From Vibrio vulnificus CMCP6 (GTDB lineage: Bacteria; Pseudomonadota; Gammaproteobacteria; Enterobacterales; Vibrionaceae), in contig NC_004459.3 of the NCBI RefSeq assembly GCF_000039765.1, positions 840,001-872,000 of the forward strand: a stretch of 32,000 bases of DNA, in the 5' to 3' direction. Position numbers and translations under genes: made by a program. This document shows positions 24,361 to 32,000 of the stretch, piece after piece; the first letter of the stretch is position 1, and the number at the start of each line of letters is the position of its first letter. The notes under the pieces were generated by a model. The model was not told the origin of the DNA. It saw nothing but the letters and a program-made list of their open reading frames with translations, and made no database searches.

Positions 24361-24506
24361 GCCGCACAAATTGTGAGGATGACTTTTCTCACCTTCCCAA
24401 CCAGAGCGGATTTCTGAATAACAGCAATCACAGATGATGACATCCGTTCACCTTGGCCTCCCATTCAGCGAGCGCTAAGTCTGCGTACAACAATTAGGAA
24501 CATACC

Positions 24507-25910
24507 ATGACAACGCCGAACCCGACGCGTAAAACGGATCTGATCTATCAACTCAACGATCGTCCACCTTTGCCTCAAACTTTGTTTGCTGCACTGCAGC
24601 ACTTGCTGGCGATGTTTGTCGCTGTGATCACTCCATCCTTGATTATTTGCCAAGCGCTTGGCGTGTCTGCCGAACAAACCAACACCATCATCAGCATGTC
24701 GCTGTTTGCTTCGGGCATTTCTTCCTTTATTCAAATCCGCACTTTTGGTCCGATTGGCTCTGGGCTGCTGTCTGTACAAGGCACCAGTTTTAACTTCTTA
24801 GGTCCAATTATTGGCGCTGGTTTAGCGCTGAAGGCAGGCGGCGCCAGCGTTGAGAGCATGATGGCGGCGATTTTTGGCACCATTTTGGTTGCCTCGTTTG
24901 CAGAGATTCTCCTTTCACGCGTGCTGGAATACGCGCGTCGCATCATTACGCCATTGGTTTCTGGCATCGTCGTGACCTTAATTGGTTTAACCCTGATTCA
25001 AGTCGGCTTGGTATCGATGGGCGGCGGCTACGCGGCCCTGGGCGATGGCACTTTTGGCAGCCTCGATAAGTTGGCGCTGGCGGGCACCGTACTGGGCCTG
25101 ATTGTGTTACTCAATCGCGCCAAGAACCCTTACGTACGCGTGGCGTCGATTGTGATAGCCATGTTGGTGGGCTATGTCATGGCCTACTTCATGGGCATGG
25201 TAGACACTCGCCAAGCCAGCAGCAGCGCACTGATTGCCTTACCAATCCCGATGCAGTTTGGTCTGAGTTTCGACTGGTCGCTGTTTATTCCACTGGTTCT
25301 GATTTTCCTCATCACCGCGCTGGAAGCGATTGGTGATATTACCGCCACCTCGGAAGTGTCTGGCGAACCAGTCAAAGGCCCGGTGTATATGAAGCGCATT
25401 AAAGGCGGCGTATTGGCCGACGGTCTGAACTCGGCATTGGCGGCGGTATTCAATAGTTTCCCAAACTCCACTTTCAGCCAAAACAACGGCGTGATCTTGC
25501 TAACGGGTGTCGCAAGCCGCTACGTCGGTTACTTCATCGCCGGCATGTTGGTACTGCTTGGTCTGTTCCCTGGCGTTGCTGGTTTTGTTCAGTTGATTCC
25601 GGAACCAGTTTTAGGCGGTGCAACCATCGTGATGTTCGGCACCATCGCCGCTGCAGGTGTGCGCATCATTTCTCGTGTTGACCTCGATCGCCGTGCCATT
25701 CTCATCATGGCACTGTCGTTCTCGATGGGTTTAGGCATTGCGCAGAAACCGGAGATTTTGCAGTTTATGCCTGAGTTCATTAAGAGCATTTTCTCTTCCG
25801 GCGTTGCTGCTGGTGGCATTACCGCGATTGTGCTTAACCTTCTTCTGCCTGAAAAGCTTCAGGGTGAAGAAGAGGAAAAGGCGCACGAGCCCGCGACTGT
25901 AAAGCGCTAA
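24507..25910 (+). CDS. xanP: Xanthine permease, NCS2 nucleobase:cation symporter
   Basis: The protein is colinear with E. coli XanP/YicE. Matching stretches include [32 protein letters not shown]..., ...SVQGTSFNF..., ...[37 protein letters not shown]... and ...[19 protein letters not shown]. Confidence 0.9.
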   Translation: MTTPNPTRKTDLIYQLNDRPPLPQTLFAALQHLLAMFVAVITPSLIICQALGVSAEQTNTIISMSLFASGISSFIQIRTFGPIGSGLLSVQGTSFNFLGPIIGAGLALKAGGASVESMMAAIFGTILVASFAEILLSRVLEYARRIITPLVSGIVVTLIGLTLIQVGLVSMGGGYAALGDGTFGSLDKLALAGTVLGLIVLLNRAKNPYVRVASIVIAMLVGYVMAYFMGMVDTRQASSSALIALPIPMQFGLSFDWSLFIPLVLIFLITALEAIGDITATSEVSGEPVKGPVYMKRIKGGVLADGLNSALAAVFNSFPNSTFSQNNGVILLTGVASRYVGYFIAGMLVLLGLFPGVAGFVQLIPEPVLGGATIVMFGTIAAAGVRIISRVDLDRRAILIMALSFSMGLGIAQKPEILQFMPEFIKSIFSSGVAAGGITAIVLNLLLPEKLQGEEEEKAHEPATVKR

Positions 25911-25921
25911 TCTACACAAAG

Positions 25922-25954
25922 AAAAAGGGTTGCCGACTGTGGCAACCCTTTTTT
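25922..25954. terminator. Bidirectional rho-independent terminator between convergent xanP and envZ
   Basis: The stem AAAAAGGGTTGCC / GGCAACCCTTTTT has a 6-nt loop, so A and T runs flank it on both sides. Confidence 0.9.
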
Positions 25955-25986
25955 AACCCAATGACCCTTCCTAAATAGGGTTACGA

Positions 25987-27285
25987 CTAACGTTCGCTGG
26001 TCGGAAAGCTCAACTGTACTTTGAGCCCACCTTCGCTGCGGTTGTTCACCACCACCGAGCCGTGATGCTGGCTGACAATACGTTTGACAATGGCCAGCCC
26101 TAAGCCGGTTCCTTCGCTACCACGAGCCGTATCGCCACGGGTGAAAGGTTCAAACAACTTCGCCACTTGTGATTTTTCAATCCCTGGGCCGTTATCTTCC
26201 ACACACACCCACACCAACTTGCTGTCTGCGGTCATCCCCGTGCTGATTTTCACCCATCCATTACCATAACGCAGCGCATTGACCACTAAGTTGCTTACGG
26301 CACGCTTAATCGCAATCGGGCTGCCAAAAGCGGTGCGAATCGAAGGCTGGAAGGCGGTCTCAATCTGCACTTCGTAACCCCCTTCGGAGCTCGCCACATC
26401 CCCAGAAATACCATTGATGTCGACCTCGGTGAAACTTTGCGTATTCACCGGTTTGAGGTAGTCCATAAACTGGCTGATGATCTCATTACACTCTTCAGTA
26501 TCACTGATGATCCCTTCCGCTAAATAGCTGTCTTCTGGTGACATCATTTCAGTCGCAAGGCGAATTCGTGTTAACGGCGTTCTTAAATCATGGCTAATAC
26601 CCGCCATCAACAACGCACGGTCAGCTTCCAACTCTTGAATGCCGCGAGACATTTGGTTGAACGCGCGCGTCACCGCACGGATCTCTGTGGCCCCTTTTTC
26701 TGGAAGCGGTGGAGGGATTTCCCCTCGACCGACTTCCTTGGCCGCCTTCTCCAGCGCGATGAGTGGCCGGTTTTGTAAACGGATAAACAGCCAACCACCA
26801 GCGATGATCAACAGCGCCACAATCAAACTGTTGCGAAACAGTGGAGCGAAATCTTCTTCTTGCAGTTCAGAGAGCGGAATGCGGATCAGTGAGCCTGGAA
26901 GCGCGTCAATTTTCATCCACAAAATGTAGCTTTCGCTGCCCAACAGCAGACGCACTTCGGTTGGCGAACCAAGCTCGTGAGTCATCTCTTCACTCATCAA
27001 ATCGATGGTCATCGCATGGTCAAACTCTTTGGCTTGTTCACTATCTTCCGCGTGCACCGTCACACCAAGTTGCTCCAAAACCTGCCGACGCAACGGCGCA
27101 TCCGCCATCAGTGCGCTGTCGTCATCGAGCACCAAATTCAGCTCATGGGCGAGGATTTTGTTGAACTGCTGCAAACTCGGCAATAGCGCGTAGTTGAACA
27201 CCGCGTAATAGGAGAACACTTGACTGGCGAGCAGCAACGTAATGAAGATAAATATCGATTGGGTAAAGGAACTACGAAAACGCAT
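25987..27285 (-). CDS. envZ: Osmosensor histidine kinase EnvZ
   Basis: The protein is colinear with E. coli EnvZ. Matching stretches include [14 protein letters not shown], the HAMP region, the H-box [23 protein letters not shown], and the N/G boxes [11 protein letters not shown] and DNGPGI...GTGLGLAIV. The ATG at 27285 has GAGG 6 nt upstream. Confidence 0.95.
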   Translation of the reverse strand: MRFRSSFTQSIFIFITLLLASQVFSYYAVFNYALLPSLQQFNKILAHELNLVLDDDSALMADAPLRRQVLEQLGVTVHAEDSEQAKEFDHAMTIDLMSEEMTHELGSPTEVRLLLGSESYILWMKIDALPGSLIRIPLSELQEEDFAPLFRNSLIVALLIIAGGWLFIRLQNRPLIALEKAAKEVGRGEIPPPLPEKGATEIRAVTRAFNQMSRGIQELEADRALLMAGISHDLRTPLTRIRLATEMMSPEDSYLAEGIISDTEECNEIISQFMDYLKPVNTQSFTEVDINGISGDVASSEGGYEVQIETAFQPSIRTAFGSPIAIKRAVSNLVVNALRYGNGWVKISTGMTADSKLVWVCVEDNGPGIEKSQVAKLFEPFTRGDTARGSEGTGLGLAIVKRIVSQHHGSVVVNNRSEGGLKVQLSFPTSER

Positions 27286-27319
27286 CAAAGACCTCGGCAG
27301 CTAGGTAGAGTACGAAGGT

Positions 27320-27354
27320 AGAATAAACAACAATCCCTGGTCAAAGCCAGGGAT
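27320..27354 (-). terminator. Terminator-like hairpin inside the ompR-envZ spacer
   Basis: On the minus strand ATCCCTGG / CCAGGGAT (27354-27347 with 27340-27333) has a 6-nt loop and is followed by TGTTGTTTATTCT. It lies between the ompR stop (27378) and the envZ Shine-Dalgarno sequence. Confidence 0.5.
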
Positions 27355-27377
27355 TGGAGAAGAATCATCATGTCAGA

Positions 27378-28097
27378 TTAAGCTGGTTTGCCATCAGGAA
27401 CAAACACATAACCTAGGCCCCATACAGTTTGGATGTAGCGAGGTTTGCTTGGGTCCTCTTCCAACATACGACGTAGGCGAGAAATTTGTACGTCAATGGA
27501 ACGTTCCATCGCGGAGTATTCACGTCCGCGCGCCATGTTCATCAACTTGTCGCGCGACATCGGTTCACGCGCATTGGTCACTAGCGATTTCAGTACCGCA
27601 AATTCACCCGAGGTGAGTGGCATCGGCTCATCACCACGGAACATTTCACGCGTGCCCAAGTTCAGACGAAACTCACCAAACTCGACAATTTTCTCTTCCG
27701 CACTTGGCGCACCTGGCAGCTCGATGGTTTGACGACGCAACACCGCTTTAATACGCGCAAGTAACTCACGTGGGTTGAACGGTTTTGGCAGGTAATCGTC
27801 CGCACCCACTTCTAAACCCACGATGCGGTCAACCTCATCCCCTTTTGCTGTCAGCATCAGGATAGGCAACATGTTGTTGGCATTACGCAGACGACGACAG
27901 ATCGAAAGACCATCTTCACCAGGAAGCATTAAATCCAGTACCATTAAGTGGAAGTTTTCACGGGTCAATAGGCGATCCATCTGTTCCCCATTGGCGACAC
28001 TGCGCACTTGGAAACCTTGTTCTGACAGATAACGCTCCAACAACGCACGCAAGCGAGCATCATCATCAACCACTAAAATTTTAAAATTCTCTTGCAT
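27378..28097 (-). CDS. ompR: Response regulator OmpR
   Basis: MQENFKILVVDDDARLRALLERYL... compares with E. coli MQENYKILVVDDD, and the C-terminus is a winged-helix domain. The ATG at 28097 matches the E. coli N-terminus, while the GTG at 28109 in the ORF track adds 4 residues. Confidence 0.95.
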   Translation of the reverse strand: MQENFKILVVDDDARLRALLERYLSEQGFQVRSVANGEQMDRLLTRENFHLMVLDLMLPGEDGLSICRRLRNANNMLPILMLTAKGDEVDRIVGLEVGADDYLPKPFNPRELLARIKAVLRRQTIELPGAPSAEEKIVEFGEFRLNLGTREMFRGDEPMPLTSGEFAVLKSLVTNAREPMSRDKLMNMARGREYSAMERSIDVQISRLRRMLEEDPSKPRYIQTVWGLGYVFVPDGKPA

Positions 28098-28249
28098 GTG
28101 TCCGTCCACCTATTTCATAAGCTTCCACCAAATCTGGTTCGGTAAAATGTAACACCGATTATCCATTTATGGCGCAAAGAATTGTTAATCTTTATTACTT
28201 TTAGCGGATGCACCACCCGCTTGCAACGTCGTACGTCACTAATCGTTAA

Positions 28250-28279
28250 GATAAAACAAACCCGCACGAGGCGGGTTTG
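28250..28279 (-). terminator. Rho-independent terminator of greB
   Basis: On the minus strand the stem CAAACCCGC / GCGGGTTTG (28279-28271 with 28265-28257) has a 5-nt loop and is followed by TTTTATCTT. Confidence 0.85.
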
Positions 28280-28297
28280 AAAAGGTGACAAGAGAAA

Positions 28298-28780
28298 TCA
28301 CTCCCCTTTATCGTATTCGATCGAGTTGATGAACCACTCTTTGATGCCGCTTGGGGTTGGCACTTGCACTTCGTCATCGACTTCTTTTTTCAACAGCGCG
28401 CGTGCCATCGGCGAGTCAATCGAAATGTAGCCTTTGGCATCACCGTAAATTTCTTCTGGGCCGACGATGCGAAATTTCATCACTTCGCCCGCTTCGTTTT
28501 CAATTTCCACCCACGCACCAAAGAAGACTTTGCCCTCTTGCTGCGGTGCGTAATCAACGATTTTGACTTCCGGTAAAAACTTACTCAAAAAGCGCACACG
28601 GCGATCGATTTGACGTAGCAAACGCTTGTTGTAGGTGTAGTCGGCGTTTTCTGAACGATCGCCGAGGCTCGCCGCCCACGACACTTTCTGCGTGATCTCA
28701 GGGCGGTGCTCTTTCCACAGATAATCGAGCTCTTGCTTGAGCTTGTTGTACCCTTCACGGGTAATCATTTTGGTTTTCAC
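28298..28780 (-). CDS. greB: Transcription elongation/cleavage factor GreB
   Basis: (V/M)KTKMITREGYNKLKQELDYLWKEHRPEITQKVSWAASLGDRSENADY is colinear with E. coli GreB (MKTPLVTREGYEKLKQELNYLW...). The GTG at 28780 has AAGGGA 6 nt upstream. The track start at 28855 adds 25 unsupported residues. Confidence 0.9.
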   Translation of the reverse strand: MKTKMITREGYNKLKQELDYLWKEHRPEITQKVSWAASLGDRSENADYTYNKRLLRQIDRRVRFLSKFLPEVKIVDYAPQQEGKVFFGAWVEIENEAGEVMKFRIVGPEEIYGDAKGYISIDSPMARALLKKEVDDEVQVPTPSGIKEWFINSIEYDKGE

Positions 28781-29015
28781 GAACTTTCCCTTAATGGCTC
28801 GAACGGAATCAGATGGAGCGAAAAGTAACGAGTTTTGCCGCGCTTTGCCAGTCACCTGCGAAGATTTGACGCAATACTCTCAAAAGCGGCGGTAAAACGT
28901 GTTATTGATCACCGACATGAACGCAGGTCACTCAGCCACTCTCCCACAAGGGTAGAAACTGACGCGAACTGTCCCCATATTAGACCCACTAACGAAGAAC
29001 AAAGAGATCCCACGG

Positions 29016-31340
29016 ATGAGCCAAGCTATCTGTCGTCTGATTGCTCAAGAGCTGAATGTTCGCCCTGAGCAAGTCACTGCTGCCGTTGCCCTAATTGATG
29101 ATGGCAACACCGTTCCTTTTATCGCCCGTTACCGTAAAGAGGTAACTGGTGGGTTAGATGATACTCAATTGCGCAACCTTGATAGCCGTTTGTCCTATCT
29201 GCGCGAGCTGGATGACCGTCGCCAAACCATTCTTAAATCGATTCAAGAACAAGGCAAACTTACCGCTGAACTGGAAAGTGAGATCCTCACTGCCGACAGT
29301 AAAACGCGCCTTGAAGATCTGTATCTGCCTTATAAGCCAAAGCGCCGTACCAAAGGGCAAATCGCGATTGAAGCAGGCCTAGAGCCACTGGCCGATACAC
29401 TTTGGAACCACCCACAAACCGAGCCTGAAAGTGAAGCGACCCGCTACATTAATGCCGACAAAGGGGTGGAAGACAGTAAAGCCGCACTCGATGGCGCACG
29501 TGCCATCATCATGGAGCGCATTGCCGAAGACGCCAACTTGCTGGAGAAAATTCGCCAGTACCTCAATCGTCATGCCGAAATTGTGTCACGCGTGGTGGCG
29601 GGCAAAGAGCACGAAGGCGAGAAGTTCAAAGATTACTTTGAGCACAACGAAGCGATCAGCAAAGTGCCTTCTCACCGCGCTTTGGCGATGCTGCGCGGCC
29701 GAAATGAAGGTTTCCTCAGCCTGACGCTCAATGCCGATCCACAGCAAGAAGAAAGTGTACGCCAATCCTATTGCGAGACCCTGATTGCCGATCACTATGG
29801 CGTGACGCTGAGCAGCGCCCCTGCTGACAACTGGCGCAAGCAGGTCATCAGTTGGGCGTGGCGCATCAAGGTTTCAATGCACATGGAAACCGAGTTGATG
29901 GCGGCAATGAAAGAGCGCGCGGAAATCGAAGCGATTGAAGTGTTCGCCACCAACCTCAAAGATCTGTTGATGGCTGCGCCTGCGGGCCCACGCGCAACGC
30001 TTGGCCTTGACCCTGGCCTGCGCACCGGTTGTAAAGTCGCGGTGGTGGACGCCACCGGTAAAGTGCTGGCCACCGACACCATTTACCCACACGTGCCGCA
30101 GAACCAGTACGATCGCGCCATGCAAACGGTGGCGGCCTTGATCAAGCAACACAACGTCGATTTGATTGCGATTGGTAACGGCACTGCTTCACGCGAAACC
30201 GATGCCTTTGCTGCAGATTTGATTAAACGTGGCAATCTCAAAGTACAGAAAATCATGGTCAGCGAAGCAGGCGCTTCGGTCTACTCTGCCTCAGAACTGG
30301 CGGCCAAAGAGTTCCCGAACATGGACGTGTCACTGCGTGGCGCGGTGTCGATTGCTCGTCGCCTGCAAGACCCACTGGCCGAACTGGTGAAAATCGATCC
30401 GAAATCGATCGGTGTCGGCCAATATCAGCACGACGTGAGCCAATCCATGCTGGCCAAACGCCTTGATGCGGTGGTGGAAGATTGTGTAAACGCGGTCGGT
30501 GTGGATGTGAATACCGCTTCTGCCGCACTGCTGACCCGCGTGGCTGGTCTCTCGACCACGTTGGCGCAGAACATTGTCGATTTTCGTGATGAGAATGGCC
30601 GTTTTGACAGCCGTACCACGCTGAAAAAAGTGCCACGTTTGGGGCCAAAAGCGTTTGAACAGTGTGCGGGCTTCCTGCGCATTATGGATGGCAAAAACCC
30701 ACTCGATGCCTCTTCGGTTCACCCTGAAGCCTACCCTGTGGTCAAAGCAATTGCCGAGAAAAACCAAAAAGCGGTCAAAGCGCTGATTGGCGATTCGAGC
30801 TTCCTGAAAGGATTGCGCGCAGTGGATTACACCGATGAACACTTTGGTGTACCAACGGTGACCGACATCATCAAAGAGTTGGATAAACCGGGCCGTGACC
30901 CTCGTCCTGAATTCAAAACCGCCACCTTCGCCGAAGGCATTCATAATGTGTCCGATCTCGAAGTGGGGATGATTCTTGAAGGGGTGGTATCAAACGTGGC
31001 CAACTTTGGCGCCTTTGTTGACATCGGCGTTCACCAAGATGGCTTGGTGCACATTTCAGCGCTGACCGATCGCTTTGTTTCTGATCCGCGTGAAGTGGTT
31101 AAAGCGGGCGACATCGTCAAAGTCAAAGTGATGGAAGTGGATGTGCAGCGCAAGCGTATCGCACTGTCAATGCGCCTCAGTGATGAGCCAGGGCAAGACA
31201 ATCGCAGCCAACGCGCTGCCACACCACGTGGCCAACAAGAGCGCCGCGCTCCATCGCCACGTCGCCATGACAACGACAATACACTTGGCGGTGCCATGGG
31301 TGGTGCATTTGCCGCCGCGTTTGCCAAAGCGAAAAAGTAA
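29016..31340 (+). CDS. tex: Transcription accessory protein Tex (YhgF), S1 domain-containing
   Basis: The protein is 774 aa and colinear with E. coli YhgF/Tex. Matching stretches include [33 protein letters not shown], ...[20 protein letters not shown]..., and the C-terminal S1 domain [31 protein letters not shown]. Confidence 0.96.
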   Translation: MSQAICRLIAQELNVRPEQVTAAVALIDDGNTVPFIARYRKEVTGGLDDTQLRNLDSRLSYLRELDDRRQTILKSIQEQGKLTAELESEILTADSKTRLEDLYLPYKPKRRTKGQIAIEAGLEPLADTLWNHPQTEPESEATRYINADKGVEDSKAALDGARAIIMERIAEDANLLEKIRQYLNRHAEIVSRVVAGKEHEGEKFKDYFEHNEAISKVPSHRALAMLRGRNEGFLSLTLNADPQQEESVRQSYCETLIADHYGVTLSSAPADNWRKQVISWAWRIKVSMHMETELMAAMKERAEIEAIEVFATNLKDLLMAAPAGPRATLGLDPGLRTGCKVAVVDATGKVLATDTIYPHVPQNQYDRAMQTVAALIKQHNVDLIAIGNGTASRETDAFAADLIKRGNLKVQKIMVSEAGASVYSASELAAKEFPNMDVSLRGAVSIARRLQDPLAELVKIDPKSIGVGQYQHDVSQSMLAKRLDAVVEDCVNAVGVDVNTASAALLTRVAGLSTTLAQNIVDFRDENGRFDSRTTLKKVPRLGPKAFEQCAGFLRIMDGKNPLDASSVHPEAYPVVKAIAEKNQKAVKALIGDSSFLKGLRAVDYTDEHFGVPTVTDIIKELDKPGRDPRPEFKTATFAEGIHNVSDLEVGMILEGVVSNVANFGAFVDIGVHQDGLVHISALTDRFVSDPREVVKAGDIVKVKVMEVDVQRKRIALSMRLSDEPGQDNRSQRAATPRGQQERRAPSPRRHDNDNTLGGAMGGAFAAAFAKAKK

Positions 31341-31361
31341 CAACCTCATTATCCCCAAATT

Positions 31362-31465
31362 GCTTGGAGTCGCAGGTAGGCGGCAAGTGAGTGAATCCCC
31401 ATGAGCATAGATGAACTATGCAATTGGGGTGAACGAACGTAGCCAACACCGCTTCAGCTTCAAGC
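31362..31465. repeat. ERIC/IRU-like intergenic imperfect palindrome
   Basis: GTGAATCCCCATGAGCATAGAT / GAACTATGCAATTGGGGTGAACG compares with the ERIC core defined by the ERIC1R/ERIC2 primer sequences (GTGAATCCCCAGGAGCTTACAT / AAGTAAGTGACTGGGGTGAGCG). The outer arms are nearly identical, and the centre differs but keeps its self-complementarity (CATAG and CTATG). The flanks GCTTGGAG...CTTCAAGC are also partly complementary. Confidence 0.7.
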
Positions 31466-31494
31466 AAAAAGGGGATGGGTTACTGAACGAAAAT

Positions 31495-31528
31495 AAAACC
31501 CACTATGCTTCCATAGTGGGTTTTTATT
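31495..31528. terminator. Bidirectional rho-independent terminator between tex and the convergent unknown ORF
   Basis: A 13-bp stem AAAACCCACTATG / CATAGTGGGTTTT (31495-31507 with 31512-31524) has a 4-nt loop. TATT follows on the plus strand and AAAATA precedes it for the minus strand. Confidence 0.9.
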
Positions 31529-31555
31529 GTCAGTCACTGCGGTGGTGTTTGCTTG

Positions 31556-31999
31556 CTATAACACCGCAATCACTTCTGAAGGGGTATGAGGCGCGACAGA
31601 GTGACCGTAATGGTACTTGATGATCGCTCGACGCTTCTCCATGATCCCTTCTCTTATCGCCGCATCCAAGATACGTTTGGGCAGACGATAGCGCATTGCG
31701 TAGCCTTTACCCTGTTCTTCACTGTAACTTCGCAGTGCCAGAAGTCCAAAAAGCCGCTCAAGCGTGTCTTTGGGGTCTTCATGATAGACCGAGATCTCTT
31801 GCGTATTGGTTTCCATCTCATAGCCAGGGTGCTCTGAAGGATCCCACGAAGATTGACGTCGGCGTTTATCATCACTTTTGACTTTACGTTCCGCGTTAGA
31901 TTTGGCCAACGCAACGGTTGGCGCCACAGGTTCACGCACTCTATTATCGCGCGCGGCCTGCTCTGTCTGCACATTTACCGATGGGGCGATCAGTGGCAC
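31556..31999 (-). CDS. Hypothetical protein, probably truncated at the right window edge
   Basis: The frame is open from the TAG stop at 31556 to the window edge. The listed start is a GTG in the last complete codon, so the true start probably lies outside the window. The protein has a basic, low-complexity N-part (KVKSDDKRRRQSSWDPSEHPGYE) and a structured-looking C-terminus (LERLFGLLALRSY...RILDAAIREGIMEKRRAIIKYHYG). I recognise no family. Confidence 0.5.
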   Translation of the reverse strand: MPLIAPSVNVQTEQAARDNRVREPVAPTVALAKSNAERKVKSDDKRRRQSSWDPSEHPGYEMETNTQEISVYHEDPKDTLERLFGLLALRSYSEEQGKGYAMRYRLPKRILDAAIREGIMEKRRAIIKYHYGHSVAPHTPSEVIAVL

Positions 32000-32000
32000 A

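Noticed and set aside
24361-24506. Possible purine riboswitch in the long xanP leader
   Set aside because: I could not find the conserved purine-aptamer junction and loop sequences or the three-helix arrangement. The TATAAT at 24355-24360 is better explained as a -10 box. The leader is left as unexplained, not called as a riboswitch.
24465-24779. A 104-aa minus-strand ORF overlapping the xanP start
   Set aside because: It is antisense to the very well supported xanP N-terminus. Its translation is Arg-rich and low-complexity, and it has no RBS.

Overview
This window looks like a core chromosomal segment of a Vibrio-type gammaproteobacterium. The assignment rests on protein-level resemblance to well-known enterobacterial orthologues plus a Vibrio-style TonB2/TonB3 gene cluster; no database search was possible. 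The gene order is as follows. rph (partial, minus strand, missing from the ORF track) is divergent from yicC. A minus-strand block follows: an EamA/DMT transporter, a small secreted cysteine-rich protein, psiE, and a five-gene PepT-family (Opp/Dpp/YejABEF-like) ABC importer. An 833-bp AT-rich intergenic region comes next. Then on the plus strand: a TonB-dependent receptor, ttpB(DUF3450)-ttpC-exbB-exbD-tonB-ttpD(TPR), and the housekeeping run gmk-rpoZ-spoT-trmH-recG-xanP. The window ends with envZ-ompR and greB (minus), tex (plus), an ERIC-like repeat, and a partial unknown ORF. I see no rRNA, tRNA, CRISPR array, integrase, transposase or recognisable defence genes. Several ORF-track starts look too long and were trimmed to internal starts that have Shine-Dalgarno sequences and agree with the E. 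coli N-termini. The best candidate for something new is the divergent pairing of the ABC importer with the TonB-dependent receptor and the six-gene TonB energiser. They share a motif-rich AT-rich control region that has no convincing Fur box, which suggests an outer-to-inner-membrane uptake route for an unknown, probably non-iron substrate. Secondary leads are a perfect CTGT-N8-ACAG SOS-box core just upstream of recG, a CTAG octamer array, a terminator-like hairpin splitting ompR from envZ, an orphan secreted Cys/His-rich protein, and an ERIC-like element. All functional calls rest on reading the translated sequence and on recalled family features.
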